A stretch of 64,000 nt of DNA from the NCBI GenBank assembly GCA_020628165.1, contig JAHDFM010000013.1, forward strand, positions 15,420 to 79,419, read 5' to 3'. The notes beneath the pieces were generated by a model. That model saw nothing but the letters and a program-made list of their open reading frames with translations, was not told where the DNA came from and ran no database searches. Below, piece after piece: positions 9,536 through 17,330 of this stretch. This stretch comes from Bdellovibrionales bacterium (lineage in GTDB: Bacteria; Bdellovibrionota; Bdellovibrionia; Bdellovibrionales; UBA1609). Numbering within the stretch: the stretch's first letter is position 1; the number at the start of each line of letters is the position of its first letter. A program made the position numbers and the translations under genes.

Positions 9536-10192
9536 CTAGTAACGTCTTTCTCTTTTATTTGATTGAGACTTTTTTTGATTGGACTTGTCATGTATTCGTT
9601 TTCCATGGGTTCCAAAAAAATATGTGAACTGAATCATTGGCATAAAGAAATCTTCTTCATCACTGATATTGGAGTTTGTAACGTTGGTGTCTTCAAAATC
9701 AACTTCGTCATAACTTAGATGATGGTAAGTAAAACCAAGCCCGACATAAAAGTTCCACGATACAGGGAAATTGAGCGAAGCATCTAACAAGTACCCAGAT
9801 CCTTTTTCAAGTTCTGCATTGACTGTGTCAGTTCGGTATTTATGATTCGAATGAAACATATATGTAGCACCAAGCTGAAGTATTTTATAAGCATAGGTTA
9901 AGTTGAAGCCGAAGGTGTGTTTCTCATTAGCGTCATCATTCAAATGATGGTAAACACCACCAACATAAAGACCATTAAATAAATGGTAAGCTCCTTTTAA
10001 GTAGCCAAATATAAGCAAATCAGAATCTGTGGTTCTAATATCACTATTTACATTGTAAGTATAAATATTGCCATGCAGAGAGACCATAACGTCTCCTGGG
10101 TTTGGCACGTAATGCTTTTTCTTAAACCTATACTGTGCTTCTACTGACATTGAAAAAGCCAAACATAAACTAATCATCGCTAATATTTTCAT
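9536..10192 (-). CDS. Small outer-membrane beta-barrel protein with polybasic C-terminal tail
   Basis: Signal peptide MKILAMISLCLAFSMSVEA, amphipathic beta strands and a ...IQFTYFF OMP-like terminus. A 24-aa tail follows: GTHGKRIHDKSNQKKSQSNKRERRY. Confidence 0.6.
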   Translation of the reverse strand: MKILAMISLCLAFSMSVEAQYRFKKKHYVPNPGDVMVSLHGNIYTYNVNSDIRTTDSDLLIFGYLKGAYHLFNGLYVGGVYHHLNDDANEKHTFGFNLTYAYKILQLGATYMFHSNHKYRTDTVNAELEKGSGYLLDASLNFPVSWNFYVGLGFTYHHLSYDEVDFEDTNVTNSNISDEEDFFMPMIQFTYFFGTHGKRIHDKSNQKKSQSNKRERRY

Positions 10193-10537
10193 ATATTAAT
10201 TTTCTATTTTAACTATAAAAATAACAACTTAAAGGCTTTGTCTAATAACTTTTTCCAGACTTTTGTCGAAGCTTTTTCATGAAAGTAAAATAGATTTATT
10301 TAGTATTTACTGAAGTTTGCTGACACAATACAAACCTTAAGCTCTGTTGATATAAACTAATTGAGCATCATTACTTTCATGTAATTTTAGCTATTTTGAA
10401 GTTAAGATATGGTGCCAATTCACTTAAAAACTTCTAAGCTAATTTATTTTTTATAAATAAATCTATTTTTGGATAGAGGTTTCTGTCTGATATAAACAAA
10501 ACTATAACTTAATGAATTGATTGATTAGCTCATTGAA

Positions 10538-11419
10538 TCACTCAACAAGAACAACTTTTTTGATTAAGTTAATGATTCTCTTATCGGTATTTTTTCTATA
10601 AACCAAGCTCACTCTGTGCTCGCTGACTTTGACAATATCCTCTTCAGTTGGCCAGATTTTCTTTAACTCATACGAGCTTTGACTGGCCACTTTCGTTGGC
10701 AACAAACCAACAACAGCACCAGAGGCCGTGATACTTCGAATGACCTCAAAATTGTCACAAGTGAGAGTTACTTTAAAATCATCAGGAATTTTTTGTAAAA
10801 ACTTTTTATAATAATAAGGTTGTCCGTCTTCTGGTGTTGACAGTATGGCAATGCCCATCTCTTTGATTTCTTCTATGTCTTGGGTGTAGCAGTACTTATC
10901 TGCACAAACATATAACCCAAGGCTATCAACCATCACAGTCTCTTCTTCAATTTTACTATCTCCCTCACCGTTGATGACCAATGCCATGTTTAAAGTACCG
11001 TTATTAACAAGCTTCACTAAAGAGTCCGTTCGACTTGTGACTACATCAATTTTAAAATTTGGATAAATTCTACGAAATGAAGTGAAGAGCTTTGGTAAAA
11101 AGCGAACAGCCAACGATTCATAAGCACCCAACTTGAAACTTCCCTTGAGTTCAGACTCCTCTGAGAAGTTAAAAGCCAAATCATCCGCTTGAGACAATAT
11201 GGGCTGTATTTTATCAAGAAGTGATTGGCCATCAGCTGTGAGACTAACACTGCCACGTTCTCTAACTAATAACGATTTATTCAAGTAATTTTCAAGGACA
11301 GATAAATTTTGTGACAGTGCTGAACGCGTGATGTTGGCATGATTTGCAGCCTCTTTGAAATTACCATATCTCTCAACAAGACTAAATAACCACATTTTAT
11401 AAATATGCTGATAAACCAT
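10538..11419 (-). CDS. LysR-family transcriptional regulator
   Basis: N-terminal wHTH (LFSLVERYGNFKEAANHANITRSALSQNLSVLE) plus a substrate-binding domain. Alternative start ATG 11395. Confidence 0.85.
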   Translation of the reverse strand: MVYQHIYKMWLFSLVERYGNFKEAANHANITRSALSQNLSVLENYLNKSLLVRERGSVSLTADGQSLLDKIQPILSQADDLAFNFSEESELKGSFKLGAYESLAVRFLPKLFTSFRRIYPNFKIDVVTSRTDSLVKLVNNGTLNMALVINGEGDSKIEEETVMVDSLGLYVCADKYCYTQDIEEIKEMGIAILSTPEDGQPYYYKKFLQKIPDDFKVTLTCDNFEVIRSITASGAVVGLLPTKVASQSSYELKKIWPTEEDIVKVSEHRVSLVYRKNTDKRIINLIKKVVLVE

Positions 11420-11618
11420 ACTAACACCTTTTTTATATTTTAAGTTTCCGACATAATATTCATTGGGGTCAAAAATGCAATAGACTTATTCACATGACTC
11501 ATAAGTTTTGCACCTACAAATAAAAAGAAAAACTACTTACTATAGACCACATACAACTGTTTTTGACTTCACAGCAAAAATATCTAATGTATTTTTATTT
11601 GTGATTTCAACAATTTAA

Positions 11619-11640
11619 AGAGTTAAGAAAACTTAACTCT
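11619..11640. promoter_or_regulatory. Dyad AGAGTTAAG-AAAA-CTTAACTCT (contains T-N11-A); candidate LysR box
   Basis: Perfect 9-bp inverted repeat in the divergent LysR/nitroreductase intergenic region, about 45 nt upstream of the 11686 start. Confidence 0.35.
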
Positions 11641-11685
11641 ACGTTAAGGTTTAAAAAGTTTAAAAACTAACCACATTCCCTTAAA

Positions 11686-12399
11686 TTGAGCTCAACAAGT
11701 ACGTTGGCCCATTTTCAATTTGGAGGAAACTTGGAAGAGAAAAAACATAAATTCAAACCTTTAGACTTTGAATACAAAGACGAACAACTTATGTCTAAAA
11801 TTGCAGAAAACTTAAACCAGGACTTAAACAAACGTCGCACCATTCGAACCTTTTCTGATAGACCGGTACCTATTGAGATCATTAATAACTGTATAATGGC
11901 GGCATCTTCCTCACCAAGTGGAGCAAATAAACAGCCTTATAAGTTTGTGATTGTTCAAGATGAACAAGTTAAAAATGACCTCCGCTTAGCAGCTGAAAAA
12001 GAAGAATGGCAATTTTACAATAAAAGAGCGTCACAAGTTTGGCTTAATGACCTTAAACCATTCCGCACTAACCACATTAAACCCTACCTTACTAAAGCCC
12101 CCTATTTGATTGCTATATTTGCGAAGCCATTTGATATTATCAATGATGAAAAAGTGAAATACTACTATCCAATTGAGTCTACTGGAATTGCAACAGGTGC
12201 ACTGATTAGTTCGCTCCATTTGTCAGGCTTGGCAACTCTGACTCACACCCCATCACCACTGAACTTTTTGAATCAGGTCCTTGATCAACCTAAACAATAC
12301 AAGGCTATGATCTTGCTTGTAGTTGGATACCCAGAGCATGACACCATAGTTCCTGATCAAGATCGCAAGCCTTTAAATGAAATATCACAAATTATATAA
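11686..12399 (+). CDS. Nitroreductase-superfamily flavoprotein, iodotyrosine deiodinase (IYD)-like
   Basis: RRTIRTFSDRPVP...SPSGANKQPY...EKEEWQFYNKR...WLNDLKPFRTNHIKPYL...VGYPEHDTIVPDQDRKPL aligns along its length with my memory of animal IYD. TTG start at 11686; first ATG at 11791 would remove conserved N-terminal residues. Confidence 0.8.
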   Translation: MSSTSTLAHFQFGGNLEEKKHKFKPLDFEYKDEQLMSKIAENLNQDLNKRRTIRTFSDRPVPIEIINNCIMAASSSPSGANKQPYKFVIVQDEQVKNDLRLAAEKEEWQFYNKRASQVWLNDLKPFRTNHIKPYLTKAPYLIAIFAKPFDIINDEKVKYYYPIESTGIATGALISSLHLSGLATLTHTPSPLNFLNQVLDQPKQYKAMILLVVGYPEHDTIVPDQDRKPLNEISQII

Positions 12400-12428
12400 G
12401 TTTTGTTCATTAAAACAGATTAATTAGA

Positions 12429-12458
12429 AGTCCAACATAAAAGTGTTGGACTTTTTTT
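12429..12458 (+). terminator. Rho-independent terminator
   Basis: AGTCCAACA - TAAAAG - TGTTGGACT followed by T7. Confidence 0.8.
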
Positions 12459-12663
12459 ATGACTATATCTAATGACTTCGCTATCAATTGTCTTCTTGAG
12501 TGAAAGCAAAAGATCTATCGCAAACTATCAAGACCTCGAAATTAACAAATTCTAAACGAAGTATTCATTTTTTAAAAATTGAAATCTTAAGTGTTCAAAG
12601 CCATATTAAATTCAACACCTCATAAAGGTGAAACAATTGAACATAAAAACAAAGGATGTCGTT

Positions 12664-13296
12664 ATGAATAAAAAAATTTGGGTTTTAATACTTTTACTAT
12701 TACCCAGTTTAGCATTTGGTTTGGAAGCCAACTATCAAGTAAAGTTTATCGGTAACTTCAGTGAGGATATCTTTCCTGGAGAAAACTTCCCATCAGACCC
12801 ACACTTTTCACCGGTGAACGTTGTTTCCCACACTAAAGAGTTTGCTTTATTTCCAACAGGAACACTGGCAACTGAAGGTGTAAAGATTGTTGCAGAAACT
12901 GGCAACCCTGCTCAATTGACAGAAGAGCTAAATGCCGCACAAATGGTGAGCTCAGTCCTAGCATTTACAAAAAGTGGTCCTATTGATGGGTCAGAGGTCG
13001 TTAATTTAAACATTAAAGTGAAAGCTGACTCTCCTTATATTTCTGTATTATCAATGATCGCTCCGTCTCCAGACTGGGTTGTGGGAGTTAATAACTTCAA
13101 AGTTTACCGCAAAGGACACTTTATAAAAAGAGCCTACATTCCTTTGTACGCTATTGATGCTGGAACTGACAGTGGTGCGGATTACTCGTCTGCCAATGAG
13201 GCAACGAACCCTCCTGAAAGAATCCACTACTTGAGATACATCAATGGCAAAAAAATTAAAAAGCCTTTTGCCTTTCTTTTAATTCAAAAGATCTAG
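12664..13296 (+). CDS. Secreted Spondin_N domain protein
   Basis: ATG 12664 with AAGGA SD. Signal peptide MNKKIWVLILLLLPSLAFG. YQVKFIGNFSEDIFPGENFPSDPHFSPV...ATEGVKIVAETGN...APSPDWVVGV matches the Spondin_N pattern. Confidence 0.75.
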   Translation: MNKKIWVLILLLLPSLAFGLEANYQVKFIGNFSEDIFPGENFPSDPHFSPVNVVSHTKEFALFPTGTLATEGVKIVAETGNPAQLTEELNAAQMVSSVLAFTKSGPIDGSEVVNLNIKVKADSPYISVLSMIAPSPDWVVGVNNFKVYRKGHFIKRAYIPLYAIDAGTDSGADYSSANEATNPPERIHYLRYINGKKIKKPFAFLLIQKI

Positions 13297-13306
13297 TTCG
13301 TTCTTC

Positions 13307-13350
13307 TAGGCGGTGTTAAATTGACTTAACACCGCCTACGCCTTTTTTTT
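13307..13350 (+). terminator. Rho-independent terminator
   Basis: 13-bp perfect stem TAGGCGGTGTTAA / TTAACACCGCCTA with loop ATTGAC, followed by a T8 run (13343-13350). Confidence 0.8.
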
Positions 13351-14548
13351 AATTCTGAGTTCTATTTTTCCAAGCATTCCAGGTCTCAAGAGATTTCCTT
13401 GGATTCTGTGAACCATCTTTTAGACCTATATCTCTCCACACCAATGATAAATTGTCACCAAGTGACGAGGTCCAAAGATCATCAAAATCATAAGCACTGA
13501 ACCACACTAGGCCCTCCACATTGAGAGCATTCGCTTCGTTGAAAAGTTCCGTTAAAAATGCATTTTGTTTATCTTCGTCAGTTGTTACGTTTAAACTAAA
13601 AGCTGGAATGGATAAAGACTCTCCCACAAACCCAGACTCTGCAATGAAATAGCTACTTCCTGGAGCTATTGTGGTTATTTGTGATAGCCAGTCACTTGGC
13701 AAGTTAGCAGGATCTCCTTTATCACTGTGAGAGAAAAAAGCATAAGGGTAAATACTTATTCCAGTCATATCTTGATGATTTTGTAGGTGCGAATACAACG
13801 TTGCTGTTTCTAACATTTTAGTCGAACCTGGTGAGGACATAGCAAACGAGGTCATAAAGATTATATTGGGATATTTTGTTTTTAGTGCACTATATACAGT
13901 AGTATAAAATATTTGTAACTTAGTGCGATCAGCTGGCACGTTATGATAAAACTCATTGATCTCGATACCAAAGTTAACATACTTTGGATTGAGTTTCTTT
14001 ATAAGCTCATCGACGTAATTAGAAAAAGACGTTGTTATGGCCGCATTATCAATGTCGTAAGTGTCCCAAGGTGACGGCAAAGCTTGCCCGGTCGAAGTGT
14101 TCCAATAGAGTGCTATATCATTGCGGAGACCATTAAAAGCACTCACTGCTAAATAGACTTCATGATCGGGCAAAGAGGCCAGTCGACCAGCGATTCCATT
14201 CACTTCGTTTTTAACTCCAACCCCATAATTATTAAAATTATCAGCAGTGTTGGCTTCGGGCCAAGGCACTCCTCCATCCATATGAATGGCAATGAGATCG
14301 GCACTGGAGCCAATAAAGGAATAAATTTCGTCAATAGCTGCCGTTGTGGCAGCATAAGGCCAAGGTGTGAATCCCATTGAAAAGGTTCTTGTTGGAGTTG
14401 GCGCGACGTCATCGTTATCATCAGATTTACAGCTAATTATTACAAACAAGCACAAAGACAGAGCCAATAAAGCTTTTATATTCTTAAAAAAAGTATTTGT
14501 GTTAACGAATAAAATAGACCAACCTCCAACTAAAGTCTTATCGGTCAT
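13349..14548 (-). CDS. Lipoprotein, possible clan GH-A-like TIM-barrel glycosidase
   Basis: Lipobox VIISC. FGIEINEF and FIAESGF resemble the strand-4 acid/base and strand-7 nucleophile Glu motifs. Product call is weak. Confidence 0.55.
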   Translation of the reverse strand: MTDKTLVGGWSILFVNTNTFFKNIKALLALSLCLFVIISCKSDDNDDVAPTPTRTFSMGFTPWPYAATTAAIDEIYSFIGSSADLIAIHMDGGVPWPEANTADNFNNYGVGVKNEVNGIAGRLASLPDHEVYLAVSAFNGLRNDIALYWNTSTGQALPSPWDTYDIDNAAITTSFSNYVDELIKKLNPKYVNFGIEINEFYHNVPADRTKLQIFYTTVYSALKTKYPNIIFMTSFAMSSPGSTKMLETATLYSHLQNHQDMTGISIYPYAFFSHSDKGDPANLPSDWLSQITTIAPGSSYFIAESGFVGESLSIPAFSLNVTTDEDKQNAFLTELFNEANALNVEGLVWFSAYDFDDLWTSSLGDNLSLVWRDIGLKDGSQNPRKSLETWNAWKNRTQN

Positions 14549-14638
14549 TTCATTTTAGAGGTAAATTTGTTCTGAACTAAAATGCTTGAAATTGGCTATA
14601 CAACAAAGTTTTATATCAATTTGAGATGATTTACTTAA

Positions 14639-15508
14639 TTATTGTCTATATAAAAGCATTTTCCCAACAGGTGTATAATTTGTATTTTTCGAGCGATAGA
14701 AGTTTCCAAATAAAATTGAGTTGTCTGAATTAGTGTAAACTTGAATCTGCGAGCTTAGGCTCACATTTAGCAAAAAACCCAAGCTCCCCTTGGCAAAAGT
14801 TCTTATCTTATTGATCTCTCCATTTCCTGTTTGATGACTGTACTTTTTGTTATTTTTTTTAATAATGAACTCAAAATTACCGTTGGATTTTTTTTCTGAC
14901 CCTTCGACTAAATCGTAGAGCAAAAGTTCTGCCTGATGTGGCCTCTCTGGATCATTATCGAAGACGATTTCACCAAGAAATCGTCCTTCAAACAACTCAA
15001 GAGACTTTAAATCTATTCTCCTAGAATTTACAATATACGGGTTAAGACTTTTAACTTTTACTTTTTTTAGAAAGTCACTTATGTCTTTATCTGACTTAAC
15101 ATCTTTCAAATCTAATTCTTTTGCTTTCCAATTAAGTTTACTATTTGATTGACGAACAGGCCCATACATTTCCTCACAAACCATCTTCGTACAACTTTTT
15201 TGAGATGAAGGAACATTTTCGGGTCTGTAATTATCAACGTAACTGCGGTTGTTGTTAGAATTTATTTGTGTTTGTTGGTTTGATTTCTCAAAATCTTTGT
15301 TGAGTTGAGTCAGTCTTAACCCAACATCTACTAAGAAAATTTTTAAGATCTTAGCAAGAAGCTCGTTAGCTTTTTGAATCTTAATTTGTGAGTCCTGCTC
15401 ATTAACAAAGCTCCGTATTTCATTTTCACTCAACTCAGTGAATTTAGTCTTCAGGTTATAAAACTTTGCTTTATAACCTTCAGTATCAACGTCACTTTTG
15501 TGAGCCAC
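14639..15508 (-). CDS. Hypothetical protein; apparent N-terminal signal peptide lies out of frame upstream (possible frameshift)
   Basis: 289-aa ORF starting at GTG with no SD. A 47-codon ORF (15451..15594, MNKLLIFITIIAVSFSASQ...) in another frame encodes a textbook signal peptide and overlaps the start. Confidence 0.5.
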   Translation of the reverse strand: MAHKSDVDTEGYKAKFYNLKTKFTELSENEIRSFVNEQDSQIKIQKANELLAKILKIFLVDVGLRLTQLNKDFEKSNQQTQINSNNNRSYVDNYRPENVPSSQKSCTKMVCEEMYGPVRQSNSKLNWKAKELDLKDVKSDKDISDFLKKVKVKSLNPYIVNSRRIDLKSLELFEGRFLGEIVFDNDPERPHQAELLLYDLVEGSEKKSNGNFEFIIKKNNKKYSHQTGNGEINKIRTFAKGSLGFLLNVSLSSQIQVYTNSDNSILFGNFYRSKNTNYTPVGKMLLYRQ

Positions 15509-15728
15509 AGATTTGTTTGAAAAATTATAAAATAAAACTGACTCGCACTGAACGATACTGCAATAATAGTTATAAAAATAAGCAGTTTATTCATAAGTTT
15601 ACTGTTACAATAATAACTGCTCAAAATCACTCTTTATTTGAAACCCTTGTCTATCATTAACATAAGCTAATATTTAGTGATGGCCAAGCCCAATAGATCG
15701 TGATACGTAAATAATTACAAACACATCC

Positions 15729-15805
15729 GCATCTGTAGCTCAATTGGATAGAGTATCTGACTTCGGATCAGAGGGTTGGGGGTTCGAGTCCTCCCAGGTG
15801 CGCCA
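15729..15805 (+). tRNA. tRNA-Arg (anticodon UCG)
   Basis: 77-nt cloverleaf folded by hand: acceptor GCATCTG/CAGGTGC, D arm GCTC/GAGT, anticodon stem TCTGA/TCAGA with loop CTTCGGA, T arm GGGGG-TTCGAGT-CCTCC, discriminator G, encoded CCA. Confidence 0.92.
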
Positions 15806-15820
15806 AAAGCTAAAAATACT

Positions 15821-16762
15821 TTAAGGGTATGTCATGCTTAGGCAATGAAGTGAACCACCGCCGTAGTCGCTTAAATAACTTGTATTAATGCCAACGACAG
15901 TAAAACCTAAATCATCATATACTCTTAAAGCCTGTGCATCTGTTGCTAAGTCACCATATTGAGGAACAAGAATAGTTTTATTTAAAATCAAAGAGTTGAC
16001 ATAACTCCTTTGTGACATCACTCCTCGTTTTAATAATTTTTCTGGTAGCTCTGCTTTTGGTAAAACTACAACCTCGTACCCTTTTTCTTGTAACATTTCT
16101 TTCCAATCTTCTTGATCAGTTACTACTATGTTGTCACTCAAGAACTTAAATACCTCATCAACATGACCAATACCATGAACATGTTCTAATCGAGTAACAG
16201 TTTTACAAGCGTAAGTATTAGTAAGGTAATCATCAGACAACTTATTTGCAAAGATCTCTTTTACTAAAAAACAGTCACCATTGCGATTACTCACTAAGTT
16301 GCCGTGCTCAAGTACTTTTTTTTGTGCTGAAACACTATTATTAAGATAAGCCGCTATTTGTGTGTCAGGCTCATAATTTTCGTAGTATTTGGCGTCAACT
16401 AGTAAAACTCTATTTTCACTATCTATCAGTGGAAATGGAAAACTATCTCTAGGCCACATTGTTTCACCAAAGCCTTTTATTAATTTGTACTGAATACTTG
16501 AGACATCGAGCTCATCAATCATTAATTTAAAATCATCTAATTCACTTTGATTGTTAGAGTAAATGATAATGTTTATATCTTTGGGTGTATTTTTTATTAT
16601 CTCTTTCTTAACATCATGTGATTGATAATCTGTACCTGCAGACAAGATCAAATGCTTAACAGACTCATATTCAGCCCAGGGCCTTATTGTATCTGCTTTG
16701 GTTTCTAATAATAATAATGAGTTTAGAACTAAAATGATCAGGGCTTTCATAAGTTTATACAT
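15821..16762 (-). CDS. Secreted PAD_porph / agmatine-deiminase-family enzyme
   Basis: Signal peptide. MWPRDSFPF (W-x-RD motif) and C-terminal DYGGGSLHCLSMTYP (GGG-x-x-HC catalytic-Cys motif of agmatine deiminase/PPAD). Confidence 0.85.
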   Translation of the reverse strand: MYKLMKALIILVLNSLLLLETKADTIRPWAEYESVKHLILSAGTDYQSHDVKKEIIKNTPKDINIIIYSNNQSELDDFKLMIDELDVSSIQYKLIKGFGETMWPRDSFPFPLIDSENRVLLVDAKYYENYEPDTQIAAYLNNSVSAQKKVLEHGNLVSNRNGDCFLVKEIFANKLSDDYLTNTYACKTVTRLEHVHGIGHVDEVFKFLSDNIVVTDQEDWKEMLQEKGYEVVVLPKAELPEKLLKRGVMSQRSYVNSLILNKTILVPQYGDLATDAQALRVYDDLGFTVVGINTSYLSDYGGGSLHCLSMTYP

Positions 16763-17315
16763 ACAATTTTAATATATAGTAATTATTAGGAAGTTAATAA
16801 CCCCTCAAACCTTTGAAAAAGTTACTTATAATTATAACAACATAAAAAGAAGGTATTATCCTAGTCTGTGTATTTTGTATTTTTTATTAATGAGTAAGTA
16901 TTCATCTAATTATTATGTTCTGTGTAGCATTAGACAAAGACTTATAAATGAGCTTCATAGTTTTAAGTAAAAACTATATCAATGTAACATTATCCATCGT
17001 TTTCAGTTTACTATTAAATTAAAACCAAATCATTTCTAGATTTATATATTAAAATGCCTATCAGAAATTACAAAGAAATCTGACAAATATAACCTAAGCT
17101 CTCAGCATAAAAAGTATCATAAATGATGCATTTTCATATCCACAAGCAATGCGATCACAGTTATGAACCTACATGTCATTAATCTATGCTCTGTAAACCA
17201 GTGTCAATGATGATGATTACAAGCTAGCACCAAACTTCTTGTGCAAATATTACATTTATAAACTTATAAATGCATTTACAGACATTTGTTATAAATTGGT
17301 TTCTATAGATACTTT

Positions 17316-17324
17316 GGGGGGGGG
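17316..17324 (+). repeat. Homopolymeric G9 tract 6 nt upstream of the TTG start of the next gene
   Basis: ctttGGGGGGGGGcgcgttTTG. This is the only long G run seen in this AT-rich window. Confidence 0.9.
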
Positions 17325-17330
17325 CGCGTT

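Noticed and set aside
11041-14558. Short internal track ORFs (11041..11256, 12031..12219, 14162..14380, 14200..14421, 14367..14558)
   Set aside because: They are embedded in or antisense to longer ORFs with recognisable domains or signal peptides, and no independent support was seen.
17123-17182. 19-codon His/Cys-rich mini-ORF (MMHFHIHKQCDHSYEPTCH) in the long intergenic region upstream of the 516-aa deiminase-like gene; considered as a leader peptide
   Set aside because: There is no Shine-Dalgarno, no consecutive regulatory codons and no obvious attenuator hairpins. It is likely a chance ORF in AT-rich DNA.
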